NCBI GenBank assembly: GCA_950097015.1
Contig: CATNEN010000031.1
Coordinates: forward strand, 3,038,001 to 3,102,000
Length of the DNA: 64,000 nt
Direction of reading: 5' to 3'
Source of the DNA: Macrostomum hystrix
Taxonomy: Eukaryota; Animalia; Platyhelminthes
Below the pieces are notes generated by a model. It was not told the DNA's origin, searched no databases, and worked only from the letters and a program-made list of their open reading frames with translations. The translations under genes were made by a program, and so were the position numbers. Shown piece after piece: positions 13,313-24,169 of this stretch; positions within the stretch are counted from its first letter, which is position 1; each line of letters begins with the position of its first letter.

Positions 13313-13700
13313 AGCCGCATAGGATATCTCAAAAGTTAAATTGGCGAGAACTTCGACAAATATTTTTGCCGACCTGAGGAACTGGACTTTAGAGTGCTTG
13401 ATTGAGATGACAATTATCCCCCAATCCCATATTCTTTATCTTCCAGTTCAACAAATTGTGTGTTAGAGAACAAAAAAGTAAAAAAATCGGATTCAATGGA
13501 TAGTACAGTCCATATTGATAAATGAGTCAGATAATCAAACAGAAAGACAAGCGCCAGACATTTCCATATACTCATCTTGTCCACATTGTAAATTTGCGAA
13601 TATATGCAGAGTCAGCAGAGAGAGAGAGCAGGGAAGACGGTAGGCCTGGGATCCAGAATATTTCTAGTATCGGGCTAAGCTAAGCCAATGGATTATAGAT

Positions 13701-15398
13701 TCAGCGCAAATCGTGCACCCGCAGGTCGCCCTCCGGTGCCTCCCTGGCGTGCCGGGCCCTCTCAAACAGCGGCGGATGCTCCGGATGCGGATGAAAGCCC
13801 CTGTCGGTGCAGCGGCTAAGAAAAGTCAAGCCGTGCTGGGTCAGTGTGAAAGTGGCCGTGTCGCCAAATTTCGGAGCGCAGACAACGGCAACAGCCTCCG
13901 GTAGCATCAGCTGATAGGACAGGTGGGTGTGCAGGTCGATGCTAGATAAGAAGGCCGTCTGACTCGGATGAGTGTGCACCCAGCCGAGAGTTACCAAGTC
14001 GTAGCGATCCAGCACGGCGAAGATCTCCTCCTCGCCGCTGGTAGTGCAAGAGTCCGGGGTGCCGGTCTGCTTCGGCAATACCAAATCTGTCACCGATAGA
14101 CAGCCGCCATCGCTGACAGAGCCGCACAATATGCCGCAGGTCTCCCTATTAGCCGTTGTGTTGGCCTCGGCAAAGCGGAGAAATTTGAAGCCAAGCTGAG
14201 CAGGCAGGATCAGAGTGCGCAGGGACCCGATGCCTGAGTGGCTGGTCCAGTTGCTGTCTAGGCCGAAGTCTTCAGCGATGCTGGGCGGAGCGCTGGGCTC
14301 GACTAGCGGCTTAGTGTCCGCTGCTAAAGTCGATTCTGGTGTTCCTGATGCACCAGCTGCTGCGGCTGCTGCGGCAGACTTCGCGGCCTCGGCTGCCGCA
14401 GCTTCAGCCGCAACTGCTTGAGCTTTTTTGTGCTCGGCAGTAAAGCGCTCCAAAAGGAGGCCGCGTAGCCTCTCAGCTTCGTCCAGTGCCGACTTGCACT
14501 CTTGCCTGGCAGTGGAAAGGCAAGGGTGCGACATGATGAGGCTGGAGAGTCAGGACATGATGAGGCTGGAGAGTCAGGACATGATGAGGCTGGAGAGTCA
14601 GGACATGGTGAGGCTGGGCAATCAGAACATGATGAGGCTGGGCAATCAGGACATGATGAGGCTGGGCAGTCAGGAAATGATGATGCTGGGCAGTCAGGAA
14701 ATGATGAGGCTCGGCAGTCAGGAAATGATTAGGCTGGGCAGTCAGGAAATGATGAGGCTGGGCAGTCAGGAAATGATGAGGCTGGGCAGTCAGGAAATGA
14801 TGAGGCTGGGCAGTCAGGAAATGATGAGGCTAGGCAGTCAGGAAATGATTAGGCTCGGCAGTCAGGAAATGATTAGGCTCGGCAGTCAGGAAATGATGAG
14901 GCTGGGCAGTCAGGATATGATGAGGCTGGGCAGTCAGGAAATGATGAGGCTCGGCAGTCAGGAAATGATGAGGCTCGGCAGTCACGACATGATGAGGCTG
15001 GGCAATCAGGAAATGATGAGGCTGGGCAGTCAGGAAATGATTAGGCTCGGCAGTCAGGAAATGATGAGGCTCGGCAGTCAGGAAATGATGAGGCTCGGCA
15101 GTCACGACATGATGAGGCTGGGCAATCAGGACCTATAAAGTACAAACCTAGCATTGGACTTGAGTTGTGCCGGGGCACTAGCATAGCCTGGATGCTTCGG
15201 CAGTTTTTCAAGCACCATGATAGCATACTTGGAGAATAGTACATAGGCATTCTGCAGTTCATTGGTTCGAGCGTACATTCTAGCCATACGCATCATTTCA
15301 ACACCGGAGCGCAGGTATTTTTCAACTTTAATATCTCGCTGAATAGTGAAGCTCTCGGCTGATTCCATCAGGCTCCTCAGTCGCTGCTGAGGATCCAT
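13701..15398 (-). CDS. STAMBP: STAM-binding protein / AMSH, K63-specific JAMM deubiquitinase, about 351 aa (exons 15398-15148, 14505-13701)
   Basis: N-terminal MIT/USP8-dimer-like region (KYLRSGVEMMRMA...AYVLFSKY...EKLPKHPGY). JAMM domain with ETCGILCG and GWVHTHPSQTAFLSSIDLHTH. Phase-2 intron 15147-14506 (GTTTGT...CCAG). Confidence 0.94.
14533..15132. repeat. 24-bp minisatellite filling the STAMBP intron
   Basis: (ATGATGAGGCTGGGCAGTCAGGAA)n, about 25 copies. Starts about 15 nt after the donor. Confidence 0.95.
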
Positions 15399-15523
15399 TG
15401 CTGTGTTTGTTATAACACTTTGGAATAATGCAAAAATATCTGCAACACAGAGAGTTAAAAAAGGTTGCCAAGAATTGTTAACACTGCCCGTCTAAATCCT
15501 GCCCAACAGTTCAGTCCATGGAC

Positions 15524-15794
15524 ATGGGTTCAGTGGCAGAGCGGTCTAATGCTTCTGCGGCTCGCACCAATGTCCCTGAGCTCGATTCCGCGGCAAGGCC
15601 ACAGTTATTTATGTGACTTGGGGGCTTTTCGTGCAATTTACGCCCTTGAGGGCCAGGAGTGTGCTCAGGAGTGTGCTCAGGAGTGTGCTCAGGAGTGTGC
15701 TCAGGAGTCTGAGGAATTGCCTCCTCGCTGGCTGCAGGTCTAGTGTCACAAAATGAAGTGCCATTGCCCGCAGCCCTCCTACAATTATCAATTA
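15524..15794 (+). mobile_element. tRNA-derived SINE copy with a 13-bp TSD, just upstream of STAMBP
   Basis: TCAGTCCATGGAC is duplicated at 15511-15523 and 15795-15807. Has an internal (GAGTGTGCTCAG)n microduplication. Confidence 0.85.
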
Positions 15795-16714
15795 TCAGTC
15801 CATGGACTGGACGGGGGTTGCGCCTTGCTGATATGATTAATAATAACAGCTTTGGTTAGAAAAAAACTAAACAAAGAGAGACAGAGACAAACAATCAAGC
15901 ACAAAACTAATGTATATGCACACACACATATATATAACAATGTATTTGTTTCATCTACATAATACCCAAACAAAAGAATAAAAAATATAATATAGTTAAA
16001 CGATAGCTCTTTAGCTTGAATGCCAGTGAGCTAACGGACTTGTGACATAAAATTCAAGAGTTTAAACAACACATCAGCTTAAAAAACTAAAAGATAAAAC
16101 AATTCATGCGTAGAATGGAGACAATGGTTGATTCAACTTAACAAAAAATTCGGAACCCAAATTCCTAATGCACAACACATACTACTGCTGAGGCAGAAAA
16201 CTTAAAGGAAGTAATAAATAAAAGAGAAATTTATATATTCATTGACTAGTAAACATTAAACAAAATGGTAGACAATTAATAGCAAGGATTCAAGTTAAGT
16301 CTGAATTAAATTGCTCAATGCTTGAAACAAAAAATTATGAATATAAATAGAAATAAAATTATGCTTAGACTTACATCAGGAGGTAATTTTATTACTTATA
16401 ATAATTTTTATTATATTATACCATTAGCCACAACCAAGGAAGAGTTAAAAGGGCAACTAAAACCGAAAAAATATCTGACCACATCCTGGCCTAAATGAAA
16501 TGAAAACATCACAGATTATTTTTTTTATAAAATAACAATCAATAAATCTAATCTTTTCTGCGGACACCTTCCTTGAAGGGATATCCAAATGAGAAATGTG
16601 CATAGATTTTTGTGGAATAAAATATTGAGGAATAAGAGAACCAAATGCAAAATGCGATTAACAATCTACTTTTGGAAAACACTTACTTAGCACAGCTTAC
16701 AAATCGGCTCTGGG

Positions 16715-19700
16715 TTAATTACTTAATGCTGTGTATTCTCTAGGCATGTCAATCTTGTCGACACCGCTGACTATCGATTTGTTGGTGTTCTCTGCCGGAT
16801 CGACACCGCTGACTATCGATTTGTTGGTGTTCTCTGCCGGATCGACACCGCTGACTATCGATTTGTTGGTGTTCTCTGCCGGATCGACACCGCTGACTAT
16901 CGATTTGTTGGTGTTCTCTGCCGGATCGACACCGCTGACTATCGATTTGTTGGTGTTCTCTGCCGGATCGACACCGCTGACTATCGATTTGTTGGTGTTC
17001 TCTGCCGGATCGACACCGCTGACTATCGATTTGTTGGTGTTCTCTGCCGGATCGACACCGCTGACTATCGATTTGTCGGATGTCACTGCCTGATCGACAC
17101 CGCTGACTGTCGGAGTCGTCAATATATCGGAGGTCGCTACAACACAATCAGTCGTGGCATCCTCAGCGTTAGTACTAGCATCTGGTTTTGAAGGGTTTGA
17201 CTTTGAGACTGCGTCTGCTGCTGCTGCTGCTGCTGCTGCGGCATTAGCGGCAGCCTGCTCAGCGAACAGGTCAATCCGATCGGCTTCGGCGGGGCTCAGC
17301 AGGCAGGTTTCGATGGAGGCCGTGGAGAACGATGATGAGGAAGCCGAAGCTGTGCCGGGCAGTCGTGATCGGCCTATGAGGCTGGACGGCGGCGAGGCCG
17401 GCGGCGACAAGACTAAAGCCGGGCCTCTCGAAGTCGAGTGTCGCTTCTCGCGCCTGGGACGCGGATTCGTTGAAGCCGATGCCGACGAAGCTGCAGCCAA
17501 AGTAGATGCGGCGACAGTTGATGTTGTCGAAGCGGACGACGTCACGCTCAGGCCGAGCAAAGCGGCCAGGCGGACGGATTTCTCGCGTCGAACGCGCTGA
17601 CGGCCTTTCACCAAGCGCTGACGGGCAGCCATACAGCGGATGTGATCGTCGAATATAAATCTGAACGGGATGAGGATGGCGGAGGAGAGCGAATGGTTAA
17701 TGGGAGCGAAGGAGACACAAACTCAATGCGAAACAAAGACACAAACATAATCCAAAACAAATACCCAAACCCAACCAGAAACAAAGACACAAATATAATC
17801 CCAAACAAAGACACTAGCCTACTCCCAAACAAAGACACAAACTCAATCCCAAAAAATACACAAACCTAATCTTAAAGACACAAATCTAATCCCAAACAAA
17901 GACACAAGTTTAATCCAAGACAAATACCGAAACCCAAACAGAAACAAAGACACAAGCGTAATCCCAAACAAATACCCAAACCCAACCAGAAACAAAGACG
18001 CAAGTCTAATAATCTCAAAAAGCATTAAAACTTAATCCCAAATAAAGACACAAACCTAATCCCAAACAAATACCCAAACCCAACCAGAAACAAAGACACA
18101 AATCTAATCCCAAAAAAGCATTAAAACTTAATCCCAAACAAAGACACAAACCCAACCTGAAATAAATACACAAACCTAATCCCAAACAAAGACACCAAGT
18201 ATAATCCCAAATAAGACACGATCACAATTGTAAAGAAGCATGAAAACCTAAAAAACACAAACCTAATCAGAAACAAAGACTAACAAAGACTAACCAGAAA
18301 AGAAGACACAAGCCTTATCAGGAAAAAGAAACAAATCAAATCCCAAACAAAGGCACAAACTTAATCAGAAACAAACACATATACCTGAACCATGAAAACA
18401 GACTAATTCAACCATAGCCTTACCTGGCTGTCAGCAGAGGCGGCCTGGGCCCGCCATATGGCGCAGTGCCCGGATTATGAAACGTGACGTGCAGGCAGCG
18501 AGAATCCTCCCGATCAGAAGCGGCCTCAACGTGCTGCAGGTAGCCGACGAATTTGGCTACTCCCCAGCCCAGCTTGCGAGAGTCCGGCTCCACTAGGATG
18601 GCCTGGTGCCGCACGGCATCCACCACTAGGAAGCGCCGCTCAGCTGGCTTGCCGGCCTCACGTTCAACTCGGCAGCCAATCAGGTCGCTGTTGTTCAAGT
18701 CTAGCGAGTCGGCCACGCGCACCAGCTCGCCTGGGCCACCCAATGGCAGCTCGGTGTCCAGCTCAGCTGCTGGCGGGCCGCCACTGGCCAGGCGTCTGCA
18801 GAGCTGGCGAACTCGCAGAAATAGTCGAACAGATCGGCGAGATCGTTCCACATCGCCGCATGGCAGACGACGCGCGAAATCGTCGACTCCGGACATTGGA
18901 GTGGCGGCCGGAGCCAGCAGCAGACTGGGGTCCATCAGCAGTAGCTCCAGATTGACAGGCTTCAGCCGGTTGAGCTCGTCTTCGAATAAGTCTAAAAATA
19001 GATCGTCCCCGGAGCGGAAGCGCAAGCGAACGGCGACAGCGCTGGCCTGCCTGACGGAATCCAGCAGGGCTTGACGGCGAGCGGCCGCAGCGACATCCGC
19101 ATTTTCGGACGCGGTCAGCTGGTCTAACAATTCAGCGGCCAGCTCGGCCGTAGACAGTCGCAGCTTTGAATTTTCTCGACACGCGCAGGCCAGGAGTCGC
19201 AGCAGGGCTTCGACTAATCGGCCAGGACAGGCGGACACCACCCGGTCCAGGGACTGGCCGGGCAGGCCTGGACTGCGGGCGATGGCGTGCAGCAGGCCAA
19301 GCGACTGCAGCGCAAACGAATCTGCGTCTGGAGACGAGTCAGTGGACACGGCAGCAGCTTCTAGAGCCGACAGTATGGCTTCCAGAAGGCCGGCTGGATC
19401 AGAGCTATGCCTAGTCAGCGATTGAATCTGCGGCACATCGTCCAGGGCGTCTTCAAATGTTTCGCCTCCGCTGCCGTCTTCGGATGACGAACCGACACCG
19501 GAGACTGACCTGGGCGGCGGCGTCAGGGCCTCATCGTCCGGCAGGGAGCCCTGTCGCTGGACGCTGCCATCTTGGCCTACTCGAATACCTGGCCTAGGCC
19601 GGCCAGCCCTTCTATCCAGGGCCTCGGCCAGGCTTTCGACCGGCCGGACAAACTCGAGGCCTCGACAAGTCGACGGGCCGGTCAGAACAGCGTCTAGAAG

Positions 19701-21306
19701 TCGGCGACAGAGCGGCTGATGATGCACGGCCAGGTACAGGTGACTCAGCATGAAGGCGGCGAGGCCGCGATTCACTCTTGGGCCCGGGTTCGAAGCTTCG
19801 GTTTCGACGCCGAATAGAGAACGGACAATGACTGGCAGCAGGAGGCCGTCCACAAGGCAGTCAGTCAGCGTGACGTTCAACGCTTCAATGCCAAGTCGAA
19901 GCACGTCGCCAATGTAGTGCAGCTGGTCAAGCAGCTCGGAGACTAAATCGGCCAATCTAGCCCTAGCATTGTGGGCGGATCTAACGCAGGCGTCCATCTC
20001 AAGGGCGTGGCTGCCCATCACCCAGACCAGATTAGAGAAATAGGGGACGGCGGATTTTTCGCGAATGTAGCGCATCATCGCCCGATCGTCCACCCGGTAG
20101 ACATTGAGGGTAATTGTGCGCACAGCGATGCGAACCATGCTCTCGGGATGATTGAAAAATTTGATGGCCTCAGTGAATAGTGCGAAATCGTTTGTGTGCT
20201 CATTGTAGAAGAAATGAATAGTGTGCTTGTTTAGCTTCAACGATAATGTTTTCAGGAAGGAAATGTAGTAGGCCATTACCTGCAATGTTAGGATAAGGTT
20301 AACAGGCTTAGAATTACATTTATTTTTATGCAACTGCATAAGTTTGCAGGCATTTTGCTAGCTAGTACGATTTTTTTATGAAAGGAGGCAATTCTGCCCA
20401 TTTCGCTGACTCCTTGGCACATACACTCACACAGATACTGTACGTAGGCATACGCTCACACAGGTGTTTACATCTGCCTAGACTTTCTCATCGTCAGGCA
20501 GTGTACATACACTCTTACTGTGCCTTGGAGGTTGGCCCTCAAGGGCGTAAATTGCATGATAACTACCCAAGTCTTGTCGGCGGCTGCGCCCCAAATAAAT
20601 GTGGCCTCGCTGCGGAATCGAGTTTAGGGACCTTGGTTCGAGAGGAAACGCGTTAGACCACTCTGCCACTCACCCCCTCTAAAGGGCTTTAGTGCAAACC
20701 ATTTGAGTCGGGAAATACTCGAGATACGTAAACAGGGAGATTTCGTCCTATTTTATACATCGATAATACTACTGGTTAGAAAAAACACTAGTAGAGTAAG
20801 AAAATGCATTTTCCAATAACTGTGTACAGTAACAAAGAACAAATTCAATATTATTTAGGTACATATAAAAATAAATGATAACAAACCTCTTCATCGTTAA
20901 AGTCGAACTTCTGACAAATGATCGAGTTCACGTGATTATTGGACAGCAGATAGTAAACTGACGACTCCTTGCTAATGTTCTCAAACAGGATGCTCAGCGT
21001 TTGAAGCAATTGGACACAGATAAACTGGCCAGAATTCTGCTTCATATAATTCAGAAAGAATGACAGTAGGCTCTTCTCTAGGAAAAAGTCGAACACCGTG
21101 TCGTCATTCTGATCTCCCCAGATTAAAATCTCAGACATGGATCTGAGTGCCTCAACTAGGAGGCTGCGATTTTGATCAGTGACATGTTGATTCTTGCACA
21201 GCACACCGTACAAATATTTCAGGTACTCCAGCGAGTGCGGATTCTTTGACTTCCACAGCTGGCCAGAGGAGAACAGGCCACCAGTCTTGCCTGCGCGAGA
21301 GAACAT
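16715..21306 (-). CDS. CLEC16A: CLEC16A / GOP-1 / Ema family endolysosomal protein, about 1073 aa (exons 21306-20887, 20279-18424, 17660-16715)
   Basis: KNPHSLEYLKYLY, LVEALRSMSEILIWGDQND, and FPL-domain VMAYYISFLKTLSLKLN...MVRIAVRTITLNVY. The last splice (AG|A TTT ATA) rebuilds RFIFDDHIRCMAARQRL. Confidence 0.93.
16759..17110 (-). repeat. 42-bp coding tandem repeat (SIVSGVDPAENTNK x7 plus partial units) in the CLEC16A last exon
   Basis: In frame with the CLEC16A ORF up to the stop at 16715. Confidence 0.85.
17735..18395. repeat. Degenerate about 24-bp A/C-rich repeat in CLEC16A intron 2
   Basis: AAACAAAGACACAAACCTAATCCC-like units. Confidence 0.85.
20372..20677 (-). mobile_element. tRNA-derived SINE copy (3'-truncated) in CLEC16A intron 1
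   Basis: Reverse complement of the same head and body. Confidence 0.8.
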
Positions 21307-21319
21307 GCGATCTGATTGG

Positions 21320-24151
21320 CTGCAAGGGGACAGTAAAACTATGTAGTTGAACTCCATATTTAGACTTAAACTAAATATTAGTAAGTAGTTGTAAAATTGA
21401 CAAATATGAACTTAAATACATTTATATATTAATTTTAATAATCAAACTAGGTAGATAAATGAGACTATAATGGAATAGGTTAGTAAATTTTTAGAAACTG
21501 CTATAAAATAAGTCTGTTAAGATGAAAAATTACCTAATCTTTGTCCATTTACTATAGCTAGACTATAATTAATTTGATTTAAATTGGTACAATTACAATC
21601 AAAGAAATTTTGAAATACAAAAAATAATTGAGTAATAATACATAACTAAATCTTTACTTAATTATAAGAAAAAAATGCACCAAAATCCCCTTATTATGAA
21701 CTACAATATGAGATTAAATTAAATTTTAAATTAATAACTATGCTGACTGTAACTAAAATATATAGAAAAAAGTTTTTTTAATCAATAGATAGTTACTAAA
21801 AAATCACTATGTATAGCTATTCAAAAAAACAATAATTAAATTTCTGAAAGCGGTTAAATTATTTCAATAATTTAAAAATAATTATTGATTACATAGGCCA
21901 CTTGTGGAGCTGACTGCACAGCTGTAGCTATTTTGTGGGATATGTGAAATCTATGTACTCGTATCCCTATCAAGTCCATGGACTAGAGGGATGCCACATA
22001 TAGCCTTAGTTACGAAAGCTAATGTTACTTATTTAATAGCTAGGTAAAAGCTAGAGCAATACAGAGTTGAGTGTCTTGGCAAGGGATACAACATGTTCAA
22101 GGTGGGAAAAACCTGCCATTTAATCTTTAAGTTGGAGAAAGTTGTGAGTCTGTGATGCCCTAACAACTTGGCTACAAATCTTTATGGGCCAATTTATCAG
22201 CTAGCCCATTATAAGCTAGTTTTTACAACCAATAAAAAGAAGGAAACATAGTAATATTAAGTTTATAAGTGAATAGCTAAATAGCAAATAACTATAAAAG
22301 ACAAAGCAAAATTTAGAATTTTTCTTTGAGGATTGTTTAGGCAAGCTTTTTCTTCAGGGTATTGGTTTTGTGTTCTACCTAGATTTAAGTCACAACTGTC
22401 TTGTTATATTATATGATTCATGTTTTTTTATTTCTTTTAAAGAAGTAAATTTACAAATCTAACTTCAAATTAAAAAGCTGGGATACTTGGTAGCATTGGC
22501 CATTTTGTACATAGTAGCTACAGCCATTACCCTCTGGATAGCACTTAACTATTAACTAGACCTCTTAACTAAAGAGGTCTGTAACTATTTATAACTATAA
22601 TGAGGCTGATATAGGGTCTATACTAATTGAGAATTAATGAATTTTATAAATTATACATTTTAACCTATCATTTATGATTTTCAACATTTTCAACTTTCCC
22701 ACATTTTTTCTTGTTTAGTTTCCCAATAATTCTTTATACAAGCTTTAAACAATAATACAGGCTAAACAAAGGGCACCTAAATCTAGGCCATAAACATTAA
22801 TTGGGCTTGAAGAAGTACCTAGGACCCTATTGCTGAAAAGTTTATAATGTGTAAGTGTAGCCCCCTATTAAGATAAACTAATAATATAGTTTATTAATTC
22901 ATAAAACACTGTATACCCTCTTTTTGCTGAAACTATATATATTAAACAATGTCAGAATCAATGACATTCATAATCCTTTCAATCAAAAAAGCATTTAATT
23001 TCAGCTTTCACCAATAAAACACAGATTTTACTTTTACTATTGAGAAAATTCTAAAACAATTTAGAAATAAACTGTAAAAATGCTGCTTACTGCTGCTCAA
23101 GAATTACACATTTAGTTAAGCAATTACAGCATAACTGTAGTTTTATTCCCAAATTTATTGTTTAATTTTAACAAACTTATGATTGTTAACAATAAAACTG
23201 ACAAACTGTTAAAACAAGTCCTACAAAAACTCATTTTTAAAGCCTCTAGTAATTCAAAACACTGTCAGGAAAGCCAATTACAGTGAGTAGTAATACCTAA
23301 CCCAATAGAGAAAGTGACCAGAAAGTGCACTCGAACTCTAACTAACCCTCAACCATAGATAAATATTGAGTTAGGCCTAAGCCATGATAGCCAAAAAAAG
23401 TTTTGTCTATTGCACTGTCTGCATCAGCATAAAAAATCAGTAGATTCTGAGCTGAGCTAAATGGCCACACAGGCCAGAACATCAATAAAAATTCATCGGT
23501 GGAATCTGGGGATCTCCTAAAAATCAAATCTTTATTACCCGTTTATTTAAAAAAAAATTATCGAACGGTTCTATAGGATAGTAATGCCCTAAAACCTATG
23601 AGAGGACATTGAAATATAAAAGTGTTTTCATCAAATTGCGCATCGATAGTGAGATTGCTAAGTAGCACATATAAAATTTTTTTCTTGTTTATTGTTAAAA
23701 AGTAGCTATTATGTTCAACGGACAACGGGGTATAACTTATGATATAATTATGAGTAGGCCTAATTCAATATGATTTAGAAGTGTTTCGTGTATAATGCAA
23801 TTTTAAGAACAAATCGGCCCGATGCGTAGATGCAACAATCAAACAAATAATAAGTCTTGTTAGCGACTAAAATTTAGTAAAAAAGAAATGATGACATTGA
23901 TAGCTACTCAAAAAGTATCTATACCATTCATTTTGTCATAAAAGAGGTACAAGACGAAATCAGCTGATTTTTGGAACTTTTTTAAATCGCACCCTTTAAG
24001 CTGGCTTTGTTTGTAAATATCGCGCAGCTGCTTTATTCGTCTCGTGGACGTGACTGGATTTGATACGCAAGCTTATTTTAACTGATACAATTATTTTGTA
24101 GTATTTTACTGGTATATTCTATTCTTTTGTTGCTTTTTTATGTTTTCTTAG
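21320..24151. promoter_or_regulatory. AT-rich head-to-head intergenic region (candidate bidirectional promoter/outrons) between CLEC16A and RNF11
   Basis: Divergent orientation, bounded by 3' splice acceptors at 21320-21321 (minus) and 24150-24151 (plus). No core promoter element identified. Confidence 0.4.
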
Positions 24152-24169
24152 GCATGACCACTCAATAAT

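Noticed and set aside
12348-13377. Overlapping ORFs (ETEWVSQSSWKQ...)
   Set aside because: Translation of a 29-bp minisatellite; no coding signature.
14428-15138. (MMRLGSQE)n ORF on the plus strand
   Set aside because: Antisense reading of the STAMBP intronic repeat.
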